Shown here piece by piece: positions 63,586 through 64,000 of a stretch of 64,000 nucleotides of DNA (its first letter is position 1; each line of letters starts with the position of its first letter). The notes under the pieces are model-generated. The model saw only the letters and a program-made list of their open reading frames with translations, searched no databases and was not told where the DNA came from. Source of the DNA: an uncultured bacterium. GTDB lineage: Bacteria > Planctomycetota > Phycisphaerae > Phycisphaerales > SM1A02. The DNA is taken from contig CAIXJC010000075.1 in the NCBI GenBank assembly GCA_903919715.1, positions 34,363 to 98,362 on the forward strand. The letters run 5' to 3'. The translations under genes were made by a program, and so were the position numbers.

Positions 63586-64000
63586 TTCTTGACACCGAGG
63601 CGACCGCCGAGTTCGCGGCGAGCATGTGCGTAAAACAACTTGGCGATGTCGTCGCCCAACTGTGCCGCTAACTTGTCTTCAACTTCTCGGCGGCCAGCGC
63701 TTGTCGTAATCAATGATGGATTGATGTCTTGCAGCGAACTCTGAACTGCTTCAGATCCAGCTGTCGGCCATAAACGAGCCACGTTGGAAACATCGATCAC
63801 TTTGATCAGTGCCACCGCTTCAGGTCCGCCTTCATCACGGCCGCCTGAGAGCTGAAACTCGTCAATTTCGACATAAATCACCTGTTCTGCGCCGAGGGAT
63901 TCACAGACACGCTGAATAGAAACCGGCTTTGCAGCGGAGTCCATTTGTCGGATATAGGCGACAGAGTCGCGCGTGGAAATCGCTTCGGGCACGACGTCGT
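63582..64000 (-). CDS. hypothetical protein, 5' end probably beyond the right edge
   Basis: The frame stays open to the window end; the listed start at 63992 is a GTG. 4-nt overlap with the downstream gene. No family recognised. Confidence 0.45.
   Translation of the reverse strand, partial: DVVPEAISTRDSVAYIRQMDSAAKPVSIQRVCESLGAEQVIYVEIDEFQLSGGRDEGGPEAVALIKVIDVSNVARLWPTAGSEAVQSSLQDINPSLITTSAGRREVEDKLAAQLGDDIAKLFYAHARRELGGRLGVKK

Overview
This 64-kb chromosomal segment is densely coding on both strands and looks like a PVC-superphylum genome, most likely Planctomycetota. The markers are a PSCyt/PSD (DUF1549/DUF1553-type) giant protein paired with a Tat-signal DUF1501 protein, a DUF1573 protein, a PEP-CTERM protein, and an mraZ gene with no division/cell-wall genes behind it. 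I support about 55 protein genes, mostly housekeeping. Translation and RNA modification: rpmE, prfA, efp, rplI, rsmE, rsmJ, tsaC/sua5. One-carbon, purine and folate metabolism: glyA, folD, folE, purC. Other metabolism: hutH-hutU with a distant hutG, ugd, murQ, dapF. DNA repair: mfd, ogt. There are also two S9 peptidases and an AstA/AstD-containing catabolic operon. Two tRNAs are present: Asn-GTT on the minus strand and Ala-TGC on the plus strand. I also call several intrinsic terminators and sigma70-like promoters read by eye. I saw no rRNA, CRISPR array, transposase, integrase or phage genes, so this is core chromosome rather than an accessory island. The best candidate for something undescribed is the 235-nt mraZ-csrA spacer. 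Read on the csrA strand, it is a chain of six hairpins that each present a GGA motif. Three contain the CANGGANG core of the CsrA/RsmE binding consensus, and the chain ends in a strong U9 terminator 203 nt upstream of csrA. This makes it a candidate CsrB/RsmZ-like CsrA sponge RNA or a sponge-like mraZ 3'UTR. Secondary leads: (1) an orphan promoter-terminator unit upstream of efp, a candidate sRNA with a C/U-rich anti-SD-like stretch; (2) GTGGG direct repeats at 10-bp spacing inside the mraZ promoter spacer; (3) a tandem pair of paralogous four-TM membrane proteins of unknown function; (4) a variant AST-like operon in which an M20 peptidase and dapF are present and astB/astE are absent; (5) a murQ-S9 peptidase-PfkB kinase-membrane protein operon; (6) an EF-P with Asn at the normally modified loop-tip position; (7) three short perfect tandem-repeat arrays; (8) a 126-bp long-stem inverted repeat. 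All functional calls come from motif recognition by eye. No database search was run.
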